A stretch of 62,442 nt of DNA, counting the filler, from Circinaria calcarea (taxonomy: Eukaryota), in NCBI GenBank assembly GCA_051942165.1. It is 20 parts of 20 records of this genome, joined end to end, with 100 filler letters (N's around TTAATTAATTAA, not from the genome) between each part and the next. Parts side by side here need not be neighbours in the genome. Positions count along the whole stretch, not along the records: positions 50,082 to 53,097 come from JAVECS010003095.1; positions 53,198 to 56,213 come from JAVECS010003096.1; positions 56,314 to 59,328 come from JAVECS010003097.1; positions 59,429 to 62,442 come from JAVECS010003098.1; 16 more parts are not named here. One strand, 5' to 3'. The notes below the pieces were generated by a model. The model did not search any database. It was not told where the DNA came from and saw only the letters and a list, made by a program, of their open reading frames with translations. Positions 51,621-62,442 of this stretch are shown in pieces. The translations under genes were made by a program, and so were the position numbers. Each line of letters begins with the position of its first letter. The stretch's first letter is position 1.

Positions 51621-52469
51621 GGGAAGTATATGGACATATTTTGGGGTGTAAAAATAAAGTGTCACGGGAAGTCTGGCGTTCCGGTCGGGAGTGGGGCTCG
51701 GAGGGCTCGGAAGAAAGGTTTTGTTTCTCAAGATACCCAATCGCTTTTACTGTTCGTATCCAACTAGTCTGATAACATCGAGGTCGCTCCAATTATCCGT
51801 ATCGACTGCTTTTGAATACTACCTGCATATCTGACGGCTCTTCCCTTGAAGCCGGAGACTGGCTCCGCTCTCCATCAGTCGTAGCGTCGGCCGTGCTGCT
51901 GAACTGACACGGACCCAACTAACCCAAAGCGAAGAAGATAATAAACGCCCGCATGATCTGTGTCCAAAAGATCGCACTAATCAGGCTCCCTCTGCTGCAC
52001 ACGAAGGTCCGGGCCTCCCATGCCTATTCCCAAACTTCCGACACCCCCCCTTTGGAGATACTGTCATCTCACCACACACCACATACCCCCCGGGTCCCTA
52101 GCGCGTCTCTGCCCGACCGAAAAGACCGACCGCGGCCCAACCGCGAAACCAAAGTCAATTCACCCATTTCTTCCTCCTCTCGGCCGTCTGGTTCGAATAT
52201 ACCTTACTCACACATTCCTCCCCCCTCCCGACCCGTCACTATCGTAGCCTCATTTGTCGCTCATGACATTACATCTACCTCATCTTACCAACCCCGACAC
52301 CTAAAGTCCTAGAAACGCCCTAAAGAAATGTCCTTGCCATCTATCCTCGTCTCCCACCTCTGACTTGCACCTTCCTCTCCCCCTCCCTTACTCACCTTTC
52401 CTACCTCCCTCACCTCCAACCCACGAAAGAAACCAAACCAACAAGAAACCAAACCATGTCCCACCACCC

Positions 52470-53097
52470 ATGACCACCTCTGTTTCGTACTCCCTGCCCC
52501 CCTCAATCCCTGACAATCAGCTCGGCCTCTCCTCCTCCGAGATCCTGCTTCTGCGGCAACACCAAGCCATCGCGCTCGCGCCCTCGACGGCAGCAAGCAG
52601 GCACTATGCACCGAGCGCGCATTCGTCGTCGTCCCGGGGCAGGGGCGCCGGACGCAGTAGCGCGAGCAGTTCGCGGAACGCCAGCGCGGGCGGGAGTACG
52701 CATACCGGCGGAGGAGGATGTCCGCCTGGAGGCGGGAGGTTAATGCTGGAGGCGGGGAGTCTGGCGGTACTGGCGGGCCATTTTGAAAGGTTGATGGGAA
52801 GGATTCAAGAGCGGGTAGATTATGTATGTGCTTGCCCTCTTTCCCCTAGCCCTCCTTCCCTACAATCTACCATTCCCTCACGCCCTTCTTTCCTTTTCTT
52901 ACCTGAGCAGTTGACATCCCAAACCACCGCCTCCACGCTGGCGCAGTCCCGCTCCGCCGCCAGCACCATCGCCGGCGCCGACGCCGAAATCGCCCGCTTC
53001 CGCGATATCCTCCGGCAGATCGACGAGCTCGAGGTCGAGTTCGACAAGGTGAGGCATATTCGAGATATTGTCAAGGGGTTCCGGGGGAGGGTGGAGG
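52470..53097 (+). CDS. CNL1: BLOC-1 subunit Cnl1-like, 3' partial
   Basis: IPDNQLGLSSSEILLLRQHQ, GRLMLEAGSL..HFERLM and DAEIARFRDILRQIDELEVEFDKVRHIRDIVK. In-frame intron at 52824-52910. Confidence 0.8.
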
Positions 53098-53197
53098 NNN
53101 NNNNNNNNNNNNNNNNNNNNNNNNNNNNNNNNNNNNNNNNNTTAATTAATTAANNNNNNNNNNNNNNNNNNNNNNNNNNNNNNNNNNNNNNNNNNNN

Positions 53198-55388
53198 GTA
53201 CCTTCATCTCCTGCGCAAAAGTTACAGTCTCTTGAAATATCATGAAGCCAAGAAGCCACATGGGAACCATGCCCAAGGTAGCTTCGTAGTCAATCTTCGA
53301 CGATTTGACAATACTTCCGAGGTATATCGCTAATGCGAGCTCGAGCACGAATATCATGATGTCGCTGAATCTCCAAACCTCCTTTTCCACCTGGAAAGTT
53401 TCGAGTAACCCTCGACCCGCCACAGCAGTCGCAATGCCCAAAGCAAGAAGCCGTAGGTGTTGGGCATACTCCAGATGAGTTGAGGCAAATGACCATGCCA
53501 GACAAGCACAACCGAGTAGAGTAATACTGGTAGCTCGCTGCATGGGCGTCCGAGAAGGGCAGGGCCTCCTTTGTAGTGAGAGCACATTGTTCTGGAGTTC
53601 TCGTGCAGCACGCACTTCAGGTGGCTCATCCTTGAGCGAAAATGCGGCGGTGAAAAGCGATTCTAAACCAGTATCCGCACGATGGTCTGATTGCGGGAAG
53701 AATCGTGGTTGAGCCATGTCAAAGCGGCCAGGTGTTGAAAAGTTAGAAGGTGCTGCTGGATCGTTATCTTCGTTTCCAGACTGATCATCGTCGTTCTTCT
53801 TAGGCGATCGATTCGTCATACGATTGAAGAAATTTTGCTGTTGATTCGACGATACTTTGTGAAACGTGGGTTGATTCTGAGGATTACGAAGCTGATGTGC
53901 TTGACTGATCGGCGCTGATGGTAGACACCCATGAAAAGGTGAAGGCTGCACTTGGGCTGGCGTAGGCTTGAGTATGTTTGTTTTTGGTTGTACGGGATGG
54001 AATGTTGACTTCTGAGACGGTGTCCAGTCCATAGCATCGTTTTCAAAGTCATCAGGCGGAGGTGTTGGGGATTGATAAGGTCGGTTATAAGGACGTTGTA
54101 GAGTTGGTGCAAGGATACTGACTGGAAACGGCTGTAGACGATTTTGTGACAGAGGGTCAAAAGAGCTAACATTCGGCTGTGAAGGGGAGCGCTGGACCTG
54201 ACCAGACGTAGAGGGAGCTCTGCGGGTTTTCTCGCTGATTAGTGGCTCCTTGCTATCCTGGAATATGACGAGAGGGGTATTGTCCATTTGCACAGCTCGG
54301 TAGGAGACTCTGGACATCTATGAACAGTCTAATAAGCCTTGTCCGATCAACATTAAATTCGGACCTTACCACGAGGGCAAACACAACCATAAATGCGTGT
54401 ATAGCCTTTAAAGACTGATGGCTGAGTTGAGAGCCAGTACTGTCCCGTAAAGTGTATATGACCACCAATCTTGTTGCGAGGAGGAGCCCATGAAGTTTGT
54501 AATACTCGCTCAGGCCAACCATTCTTCCTCCTCGACCCTGAATTTTCATCCAAAGGCACGGATTCCACCAAAAGGAGAGGATACTGATTGCAAGTGCCCA
54601 ATTCGCAATAGGCTGGATTGTGTCGATGCAATGGTGCCCTACGCCTCCATCCTTTAAGCTGTCTTGTAAACACCTTAGTACCGAGGGAGTCTCATCTGAA
54701 TCTCGAAGGCCGTCATTCGGCACTGTTATAGTGCCGAAAGCATCCCATAGTATTCCCCCTATTAAACCAGCCCACCACCCGATAGAACCTAGGTACACAA
54801 CAACGTGTCTCCAGTCCACCTTTTGCTGCGATCCGACACCCCCTCGGGTCCGCTCCATCATCCTCCTTAGGTGATCCGTCTTCGCCGCATATCCCGTAGC
54901 TCGAATTCTCTCCCTCACCCTCGGTTCACATTCCTCGCAGACCTGAGGATATTCCTCCTCCAGGCGTTCTCGGTACTTGGGATAAGAGGCCTCATAAGTA
55001 TCGTAATCGGGATGCGTGATCGAAGGAAGATAAGATGCCAATGATTGTGTGAGGAGATGTTGATTCTTCAAGCAAGTTGCGCAAAACAAGGCTTCGTCCG
55101 GAGATGCGAAGACGGGCGATGCTGGTCTCCTTAAAGACTGAGCATATCGTATGGTTGAGGATGTTTCGTGGGCAGGTGGATCGGTAATTTCACCATTCTA
55201 AAATGTCCTGTCATCAGCCTGCGGATATGTACATGCATGGATTGAAAGCGAGATAAACAAACCTCATCCAAGTGGTTCACCGCTTCGCAGGTTTCACACC
55301 GCCACTGGTATAGATTCACAGTCTTTCTTTGCCCTGACCGACGACCGCAGTAAAAGCAAACAAGACGATGCTGAAGCAGAGGAGCCAT
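53198..55388 (-). CDS. IMA1: Ima1 inner nuclear membrane protein (Ima1_N zinc-binding domain), 3' partial
   Basis: LVCFYCG...CETCEAVNHLDE|NGEITDPP, FCATCLKNQHLL, YPQVCEECEPRV, MDWTPS and TGLESLF. Introns at about 55199-55262 and 54318-54369. Confidence 0.88.
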
Positions 55389-56313
55389 GTCTGTGTAAGA
55401 TCCAGGATGTTAGGAGCCAGCTCCTAGGGCTTTCAAATAGGGACGGATGATCGCCCTCGCCTAAATTCAACAACACGCTAGGATGAAGGACACGGACGGT
55501 TCGAGAGAACACACGTCCAAACATGTAGAGACTGTAGCTCTCTCTGTGATTCCGGGTGCAAAGACTTATATATATGAAGATGAAAGACATGATGTAAAGG
55601 TATGTGATTTGGGATTTTTCTTAATTGAAATTGAATGTCTTTTCTCTAAAGTATGTTTCTGATCGATGTGTTGGTCCTGTTTATTTATGAGAATCATGTC
55701 CTGGTATCTCCTTGCAATACATAAGCAATTCGTCTGAGACCGACGGCACATGCAAGTCTGAGTTGTGTATTCCGAGCAAGATCTTCCATGACGATCTACG
55801 ACGAGGATAGGTGCTCGACGGTGATGTCGCTAGCCCCCAAAAATCCGATCAAATTGCTCGGCATTCTCCCACAACCCAATACACCCAAAGTCCACTCTCA
55901 GTCCGGCACCAACCTCATCTCCATCACACCCAAAGACAGTTTTCACACCGAGACCATGCTTTCAATCTCTCACTCCCTCAACCTCGTTTTCGTAGCTTTC
56001 GTCTTGGGCTTGATACTAAAACCCACGGCTAGAGTAGTCACGGCAGCAACGGCGACAATGTGCACGACCGCTGCGCTGGTGGTGGCCCTCTTCATTATCT
56101 GCCTCGTAAGCCTCCCCTTCTCTTCTCCCCTTTACAGCCCATACTCTTCTCTCCTCCCCCCTACCCTCCGCAAGCACCCCAACTAACTCCCTTCTTTCCA
56201 CCCACCCCACAGANNNNNNNNNNNNNNNNNNNNNNNNNNNNNNNNNNNNNNNNNNNNTTAATTAATTAANNNNNNNNNNNNNNNNNNNNNNNNNNNNNNN
56301 NNNNNNNNNNNNN

Positions 56314-59178
56314 GAGTGCTGCCTTATCCAAAACTTCTCCTTCACAACGCCGATGGTGGAAACTTCCAACGATCCGCCTTTGTTAGACCGCATTTGCTCC
56401 AAAGTGCATGTCTCGAAATCCGGACTTGTCGGAGTGCCAGACCAAGGTTCTACCGCACCCTTGACGGATCCGCCTACTCGCCATTATGCAGGTGCATCAA
56501 TTAGATCCAGCACCAGTGGAGGCAAACGCAGTACTATCACAACGATACCAAGTGCTGCTGACACCCAGCCGGCCGGCCATACATCCACGGTACCACCCTC
56601 ACCAGCACAACCTCCTACAACTGAGGATGGACATGGAGAGACACCTGCCGCCATAGAAGGTGAGGGAAAGCCGAACATTGCTATACGCTTGTATCAAACC
56701 ACCAAGGAGATCTTGACATCAAGTATCATCAACATACTCCTTATCTTCGTGCCGATAGGCATAGCCATCAACTTCGCCGGCGTTAACCCGACGATCGTAT
56801 TTGCCCTGAACGCTATTGCCATCATCCCACTCGCGAGCCTTCTCAGTCATGCGACCGAGAGTGTCGCAAGTACTATGGGAGATACGATTGGAGCACTACT
56901 GAATGTAACCTTCGGAAACGCTGTGGAACTTATCATTTTGTACGTCTCATATTTAGGGTTGGGGTAGTTGGTATGACGCAGGCTAATCAAACATAGCATG
57001 TATGTTGAACTTGCAAAAATCAAGACAATAGAGAGCCAGAGGTTGCCTATGAAGCACCTGCAACTCAATTGCGTCCCATATTATCTACCCCTGTAGCCTG
57101 GGAATAATCCAGTGTTACTTATTTCATATGCTTACTATGTTACGCAAATATTACAGCATTGCACTTGTGAAGGTATGCAATGATATACATGTACCGCTGC
57201 CGGCTGGCCAAGCCCTGATCTCCTTTGCAGAATGAAATCCGAATCGTCCAAGCCTCATTGTTGGGGTCAATACTTGCCAACCTCTTACTCATTCTTGGGA
57301 TGTGCTTTTTGTTCGGTGGCTTACGATTCAGAGAACAGGTAGGATGATAACCGACTGTGAACCAGACATCATATGCTAAAGCGGTCAAAGATTTATAACA
57401 GTACAGTGACACAGATGAGCGCATGTCTTCTTAGCCTCAGTGTGATGAGTCTACTATTGCCTGTATGTTACAAGGAGATTTCTTAGCCGTTCCTTTGTGG
57501 GCCGGTGTTTTGTCGTTTCCACCCCACTGGTCAGCAATGTCTCTACTAATGTACGGTTAGACGGCTTTCCACGCGTCTTTTACGGACAATGGTATTGCGG
57601 ATTTGGCAGTTTTGAAGGTCAGCCGTGGCTCGAGCGTCGTACGTAACCTTCGAATAGCGGAAGACACATTGTTTGACACAGGTCTAGATACTGTTACTGG
57701 TATATGTGCTCTACCTCCTTTTCCAGCTAAAATCACACGCGTACATGTACGTAAGTACACCGCAGCACGTTATTGATGAAGAATCGCATCCGGGTCTACT
57801 AGCCGATATGCTCAACTCTTCGAGTTCCTCGGACTCATCGGAATCGTCCAATGACACGGACTCCGATGGCTCTTCTGGATCCAACACTACCGCGAAGAGA
57901 ATACGTCGAGCTCTGAGGGGTAGAAGACGTCGCAAATCGAATGCAAGTTCGAAAGAAACTCCATCATCGCCATCGGCACGAACGCCATCGGCAGGTACTT
58001 TCCATGAACCTACGTCTCTGCAGAGCCCCGGTGAGGTCATCAGCCACCGTACTCTAGGTGCTATAGCTAGTGGAGACGAAGCCGATACAGATGGCGAAAT
58101 CGATGGCTCCGCGCTGAGGACTCGAGGTTCCCTAACAACGTACCGAGATTTTGAAAGCGAGAAACCACAGTCGTCTGCCAAGTCCCGTGGGACCAAGTCA
58201 AGGAAAAGAAGAAATAAAAAGCATCGCAAGACCGATAATCTCGATGAGAAAGAGCCTATAATATCGGAAAAAGCCACTCCAGTACCTGAGGGTCCTCTGG
58301 AGCCGCAAGTATCACCTGCTTCACAGCGGGTTACTTTTGTGCAAGACGTACAGATTATGCCTGATAATTCACCTAAGCGACCATTCAACATTCGAGGCAT
58401 TTCCGTTCTACCGACGATGCCAAAAATGTTGACCTCCACGGTTTTCTCGGCTGCAAATCCGTCAGGATTAACAGGCAGTGGACCACCTGTTCCCGTAATT
58501 GTTCCTCGTGCTCCGTTCGGCCTTCGTCGGACCAACTCTCTCCCAGATCGTTTGAATAAGACCCAGTCGGCCCCAACGACACAACCGCAGGCTCACCTTG
58601 CTCCGGTTACTGCTTCTTCGCTCTCTCTTCATTCTGACGACAGCGCCAAAGTCAAGAAATACATATCTCGCAAAGCGGCTGTAATTCTCTTATTGATCTC
58701 AACGGCACTGGTGGCAGTTTGTGCCGAGTTTCTTGTCGCTAACATTAATTACCTGGTCAACCACACTAGTGTTAGTGAAGCTTTTATTGGGCTGATCATT
58801 TTACCGATCGTGGGCAATGCTGCTGAGCACGTTACGGCCGTCACAGTTGCCAGTAAGAACAAAATGGATCTAGCAATTGGGGTAGCTGTTGGCTCCAGCA
58901 TCCAGATTGCGCTTTTCGTGACGCCAGTGATTGTCTTACTTGGTTGGGCTCTAGAAAAGGATATGAGCCTGTACTTTTCCTTATTCGAGACTATTTCTCT
59001 CTTCGTCTCGGCGTTTATTGTCAACTTTCTGGTTCTGGATGGGCGAAGCAATTACCTTGAAGGTGCCTTGTTGATCGCTGCCTACGTTATCATCGCTGTT
59101 GCAGCCTTCTTTTACCCCGATTCAAGTCAGCAAAGCTCGATTGGCGGAGCGCCGTCTGAAATGGCAATGATGTTTTGA
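56314..59178 (+). CDS. VCX1: Vacuolar Ca2+/H+ exchanger (CAX/Vcx1 family) with long central loop, probably 5' partial
   Basis: Alpha repeats [13 protein letters not shown] and [14 protein letters not shown]; also [18 protein letters not shown] and GSSIQIALF. Introns at 56940-56996, 57000-57156, 57173-57230, 57339-57390, 57463-57560 and 57639-57687. Confidence 0.95.
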
Positions 59179-60071
59179 GCCCGAGGAGATTCCAGGGAGG
59201 ATTGGGTTCAGGCAATGGAGTTCTGACGGACGGTCTTTACAATAGGACATTCTCACAGTAGTCAGCTTTGCTGAGGGGGCTATAGTACACAATCAAGTTA
59301 AAACCGATGTAAGCTAAACCGATGCAAGNNNNNNNNNNNNNNNNNNNNNNNNNNNNNNNNNNNNNNNNNNNNTTAATTAATTAANNNNNNNNNNNNNNNN
59401 NNNNNNNNNNNNNNNNNNNNNNNNNNNNGGACCGGGGGCGAAAAGAGGGTGGGGGGACGTTGCAGTCTAGAGCTGGGCTGCAGCACACCAAGGTACAAGG
59501 CACATGTACTCTGTACAGAGTGGCATCGAGACTTTGCGCCCAGAAAAGCGTCAAGCCGTCGACACTCGACCATGTTGTCTTGGCGAAAACACTGTGGTTG
59601 GTGGTAGGTGGTCAGTACCGAGTGAAGATGAACCTTGACGCCACGCTACCCCCCACTCCAGAATGTACCACAGTAGACGACCTGGGGTTCACGGTGCACG
59701 GACGACTTCTGTATCCGGAACAGGGTATCAATGCTTAGCGCTGTCCAATCCGAGGTGTCCAGACTCGGTAGGCGAGCCAGCGGAAAAGCAAAACATTTCA
59801 TGCACGCGGGAGGATTCTTTCGTCACAGAAGCCTATTGCCTTTGCGATACCGGTAGGCATATGAGCAATTCATCCGAACTCGAACGATGGTGCCGTTGGG
59901 AAAGGGCATCGCACGTGGAAAGGCGCCAGGTGAGCTGCCGTTGTGGCGCCATTGTGCTTTGTGAATTTGGACTCTGGGGGTACAAATTCAGGATAGATTT
60001 GTAACTTGGAAGTGCCCAAACTGGCCGAGTGATCATACGCACGATTCCGGGTATCCCCAACCGTGACACGA

Positions 60072-60121
60072 ACAGCTTACCACAGCTTACCGAAGCTTAT
60101 CACAGCTTATCACAGCTTACC
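60072..60121. repeat. 10-bp tandem repeat (ACAGCTTAYC), five copies
   Basis: acagcttacc acagcttacc gaagcttatc acagcttatc acagcttacc. Confidence 0.85.
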
Positions 60122-62095
60122 ATGCCAACCTCCCGAGCCTAATCAACCGACGAGCTTCATGTTCGACCGTTGCCCCTCAAGGGATTAAGACCGCCTGGAA
60201 AAGTCTCCGACCTTGGACTGGTATAATACGTCGGGGAACGAGGTACAGTCCTCTCCATTAAACGTGAATGGTCAGAAGTCGCTCGACAGCGGCAGGGCTA
60301 TTTCGGTCCAACCACGCTAGGCAGTGGTAGTGGCGGCCACCAAACACGGGGCGAATCCTCCAAATCCTAACCCCACGCCGCTCGCAAAGCTACAGTACTC
60401 CGCATCGCAAACAACGGGACTGACTTGCTTTATGGAGAGAAATCCTCCATCAGCCGGTCAAGCAGAACACTTCGACATTGCCATGATCATCGATCGCAAT
60501 GACGAACCTAGAGGGCATCTTTCTAACTCATGCTCAATGAGCTATACTAAGCCTAGCGGGGAATTTTATATGGCTTGACACTGGACACGATCCACATCTG
60601 GGTCCAATCTCCAAAGCACGTGCCCCCCTGGAGAATGATTCCGGAGCGTCCTTGCGACCTGTACTGTGTACATTTGACACGATCGACTCCACTGCAATAC
60701 TCGCTTCGAATCGCGGCCGCAAAGTCCCTGTGCAAGATTGTTACTGCTCAGTCCCATTGGGCCTGATGGACTCGTCAAGTGTACCCGGAACTTTTTGGTC
60801 TCCTTGCAAGTGACTACCTCCTGACCGTCCATGGCTATTTCCCCCACCCTAACAAATGTGGACGATTTAGCAGTCCCCTTGAGGACAGAGTCGACGACGA
60901 CGAAAGACGAGCGACAGCATCCTTTGTTGCTGCTCCACCGTCCATGGGTTCCACAAAGAGCTTTCCCGCTTCTGATATGAGTTCATCTTGATAATGTTCG
61001 GCCACCGTTCTGCAGTGCGACCAACCAGGTCTTGACCGCCTTGGAGCATGTGCCTAGCCGAGTGCGCCACTCCACAACAGGCTTACCTTTTCCTTGCAAA
61101 GGCCTTTAGGGCCCCCGGGCGGGGAGCCCATCATACAAAAACCCCGTGGGGGGTTTTAACCTGAATTTCGTCCACCTGCATATTGTAATAATCGTTAAGC
61201 GATCTTTTAGATGACGCCCTGTATAGTCACGAGGAAAGATGCTCGATGTTGGTTTAAAAGACGGGTCACATAAATTTCTCTCCCGCTCCGTACATGTCAT
61301 CCAGTTCAGTTCTGTAAAACCAAAAGTGTGATCTTGGGAAGCATCATTTCCCCTTGCGACCAGACCGTTACTAGCAAGGTATAGCTTGGTTCCGCCCTAA
61401 GCGGGAACGAGACATGGATTGCTGGCTAGCTCAGCACTAGGGTCGCGGATCTCAGAAAGAACATCCGGTGTAGTCTCGGGGGCGGCCCACTAGTGCCGAA
61501 AGCGGATGGGATCTTCCACCGCGTGGACAGAAAGTATTCTCGGTCCATCATAGAAAGCGCCCCACGTCGTGAAGAGGAACAGAGAAGATCGAGTCAATCG
61601 CAGCTTCCGGCAACGTCTGTACATAAGCCTCTCATTTTTGTGATTAAGGTTCCCGCCTGACGATGGTGGTCACCAATCAAACGAGTCCATTCCGATGGAC
61701 GCATGTGGATGGACGGGGAGGGGGGAGGTGCAGTTCCGACCCGACGATATGGAACTATCTCACCCCCCCGACCTTGTTTTCCTTCATCAACCCTGACGAC
61801 TCAGCTTACCGCATGTTGATAGTGTCGACTTGCAGATGAGGCCGAGAGAGTGAACGACGGCGAGTAAGGGTCAGACCGCAGACCGACTCTTCCCGCTTAC
61901 AGCTCTCGTGCTCTCGATGTTCCCATCACAGTCAGACTTCACTTCTCAGCAAAAGATCCATCAGTGGATTGTCGATATCTACGCGTCCACGGCCATGTCC
62001 TCCTCGAGATTCGGGTAATTGGTCGCGATATCTGTCCATCTGCAGCTCTTTCTTCCTCACTGCAGCTCTTTGGTCCTTTTCCCTCACTAGCGGTC

Positions 62096-62442
62096 ATGTC
62101 TGCATCGCCTGTGCCACTACCGCCGTTGGAAGTCATCACCGCCAACGATAAGGCCGGCTTGATTGTCCTCATCACCGCTCTGCTCTTGGGCTTCGTCTTG
62201 CTCTGTCTTGGCGCTCGGGTCTACACGCGAGTCTACATTAATGGCCCGTGGATGCGGGACGATGATATTTTGACGGCGGCAACGGTAGAGTCTCATGACG
62301 CCAACGGGAATCCGGCTTCCACCACTGACACTCGACAGGCAACATGTTGCGTTCAGTCCGCCGTGGTCTTCTTTCAGGTATCCAAAGGTTATGGCAAGGC
62401 GGGAGACCTCCTCGAGACGGATGATATTGGGTCAATAGCCAA
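62096..62442 (+). CDS. PTH11-like (fungal rhodopsin-domain) integral membrane protein, 3' partial; absent from the ORF track
   Basis: MSASPVPLPPLEVITANDKAGLIVLITALLLGFVLLCLGARVYTR...WMRDD, then intron 62285-62338, then QSAVVFFQVSKGYGK. Confidence 0.75.
   Translation, partial: MSASPVPLPPLEVITANDKAGLIVLITALLLGFVLLCLGARVYTRVYINGPWMRDDDILTAATVESHDANGNPASTTDTRQATCCVQSAVVFFQVSKGYGKAGDLLETDDIGSIA

Noticed and set aside
57711..58535. Long antisense ORF (274 aa); likewise 12503-13366
   Set aside because: Opposite-strand shadows of well-supported genes (VCX1 and SUR2-like), with no independent motif.
3043..59428. Regularly spaced TTAATTAATTAA repeats as a CRISPR-like or periodic array
   Set aside because: They are embedded in N runs and are an artificial six-frame-stop linker.
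60198..60358. RNase MRP-like P4 motifs (GAAAAGTCTCC ... ACACGGGGC)
   Set aside because: P4 pairing is incomplete, and I found no GARAR loop or AGNNA CR-IV motif. Only an Rfam cmscan hit would rescue it.

Overview
This is eukaryotic, Pezizomycotina-type fungal DNA, not a contiguous locus. It consists of 20 unrelated contigs of about 3.0 kb, in decreasing length order (3042 to 3014 bp), joined by artificial 100-bp N44-TTAATTAATTAA-N44 linkers. Gene neighbourhoods therefore only mean something within one contig. Most contigs carry partial, intron-containing housekeeping genes: ferroportin, MEP ammonium transporter, NNT1/EFM7 methyltransferase, two SUR2-like hydroxylases, RTA1, cystathionine beta-synthase, SRP receptor beta, reticulon, striatin, acid phosphatase, P4-ATPase, sugar porter, MTC5/WDR59, CNL1, Ima1, VCX1 and a PTH11-like protein. 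There is also a NACHT-ankyrin NLR and degraded transposon relics (Helitron, Ty3/Gypsy, Crypton). The standout is a tRNA-Lys(UUU) gene (27402-27543, minus) with two introns: a canonical 13-nt intron at 37/38, and a 55-nt GT-AG intron inside the T-stem (51/52) that has spliceosomal donor, branch and acceptor signals. Removing it exactly restores a perfect T-arm. Other notable points are a 3-nt micro-exon in VCX1, tandem divergent SUR2 paralogs, highly similar ankyrin repeats that vary through a GCT microsatellite, and single in-frame stops in the MTC5 and F-box genes. All family assignments come from motif recognition; no database search was run.
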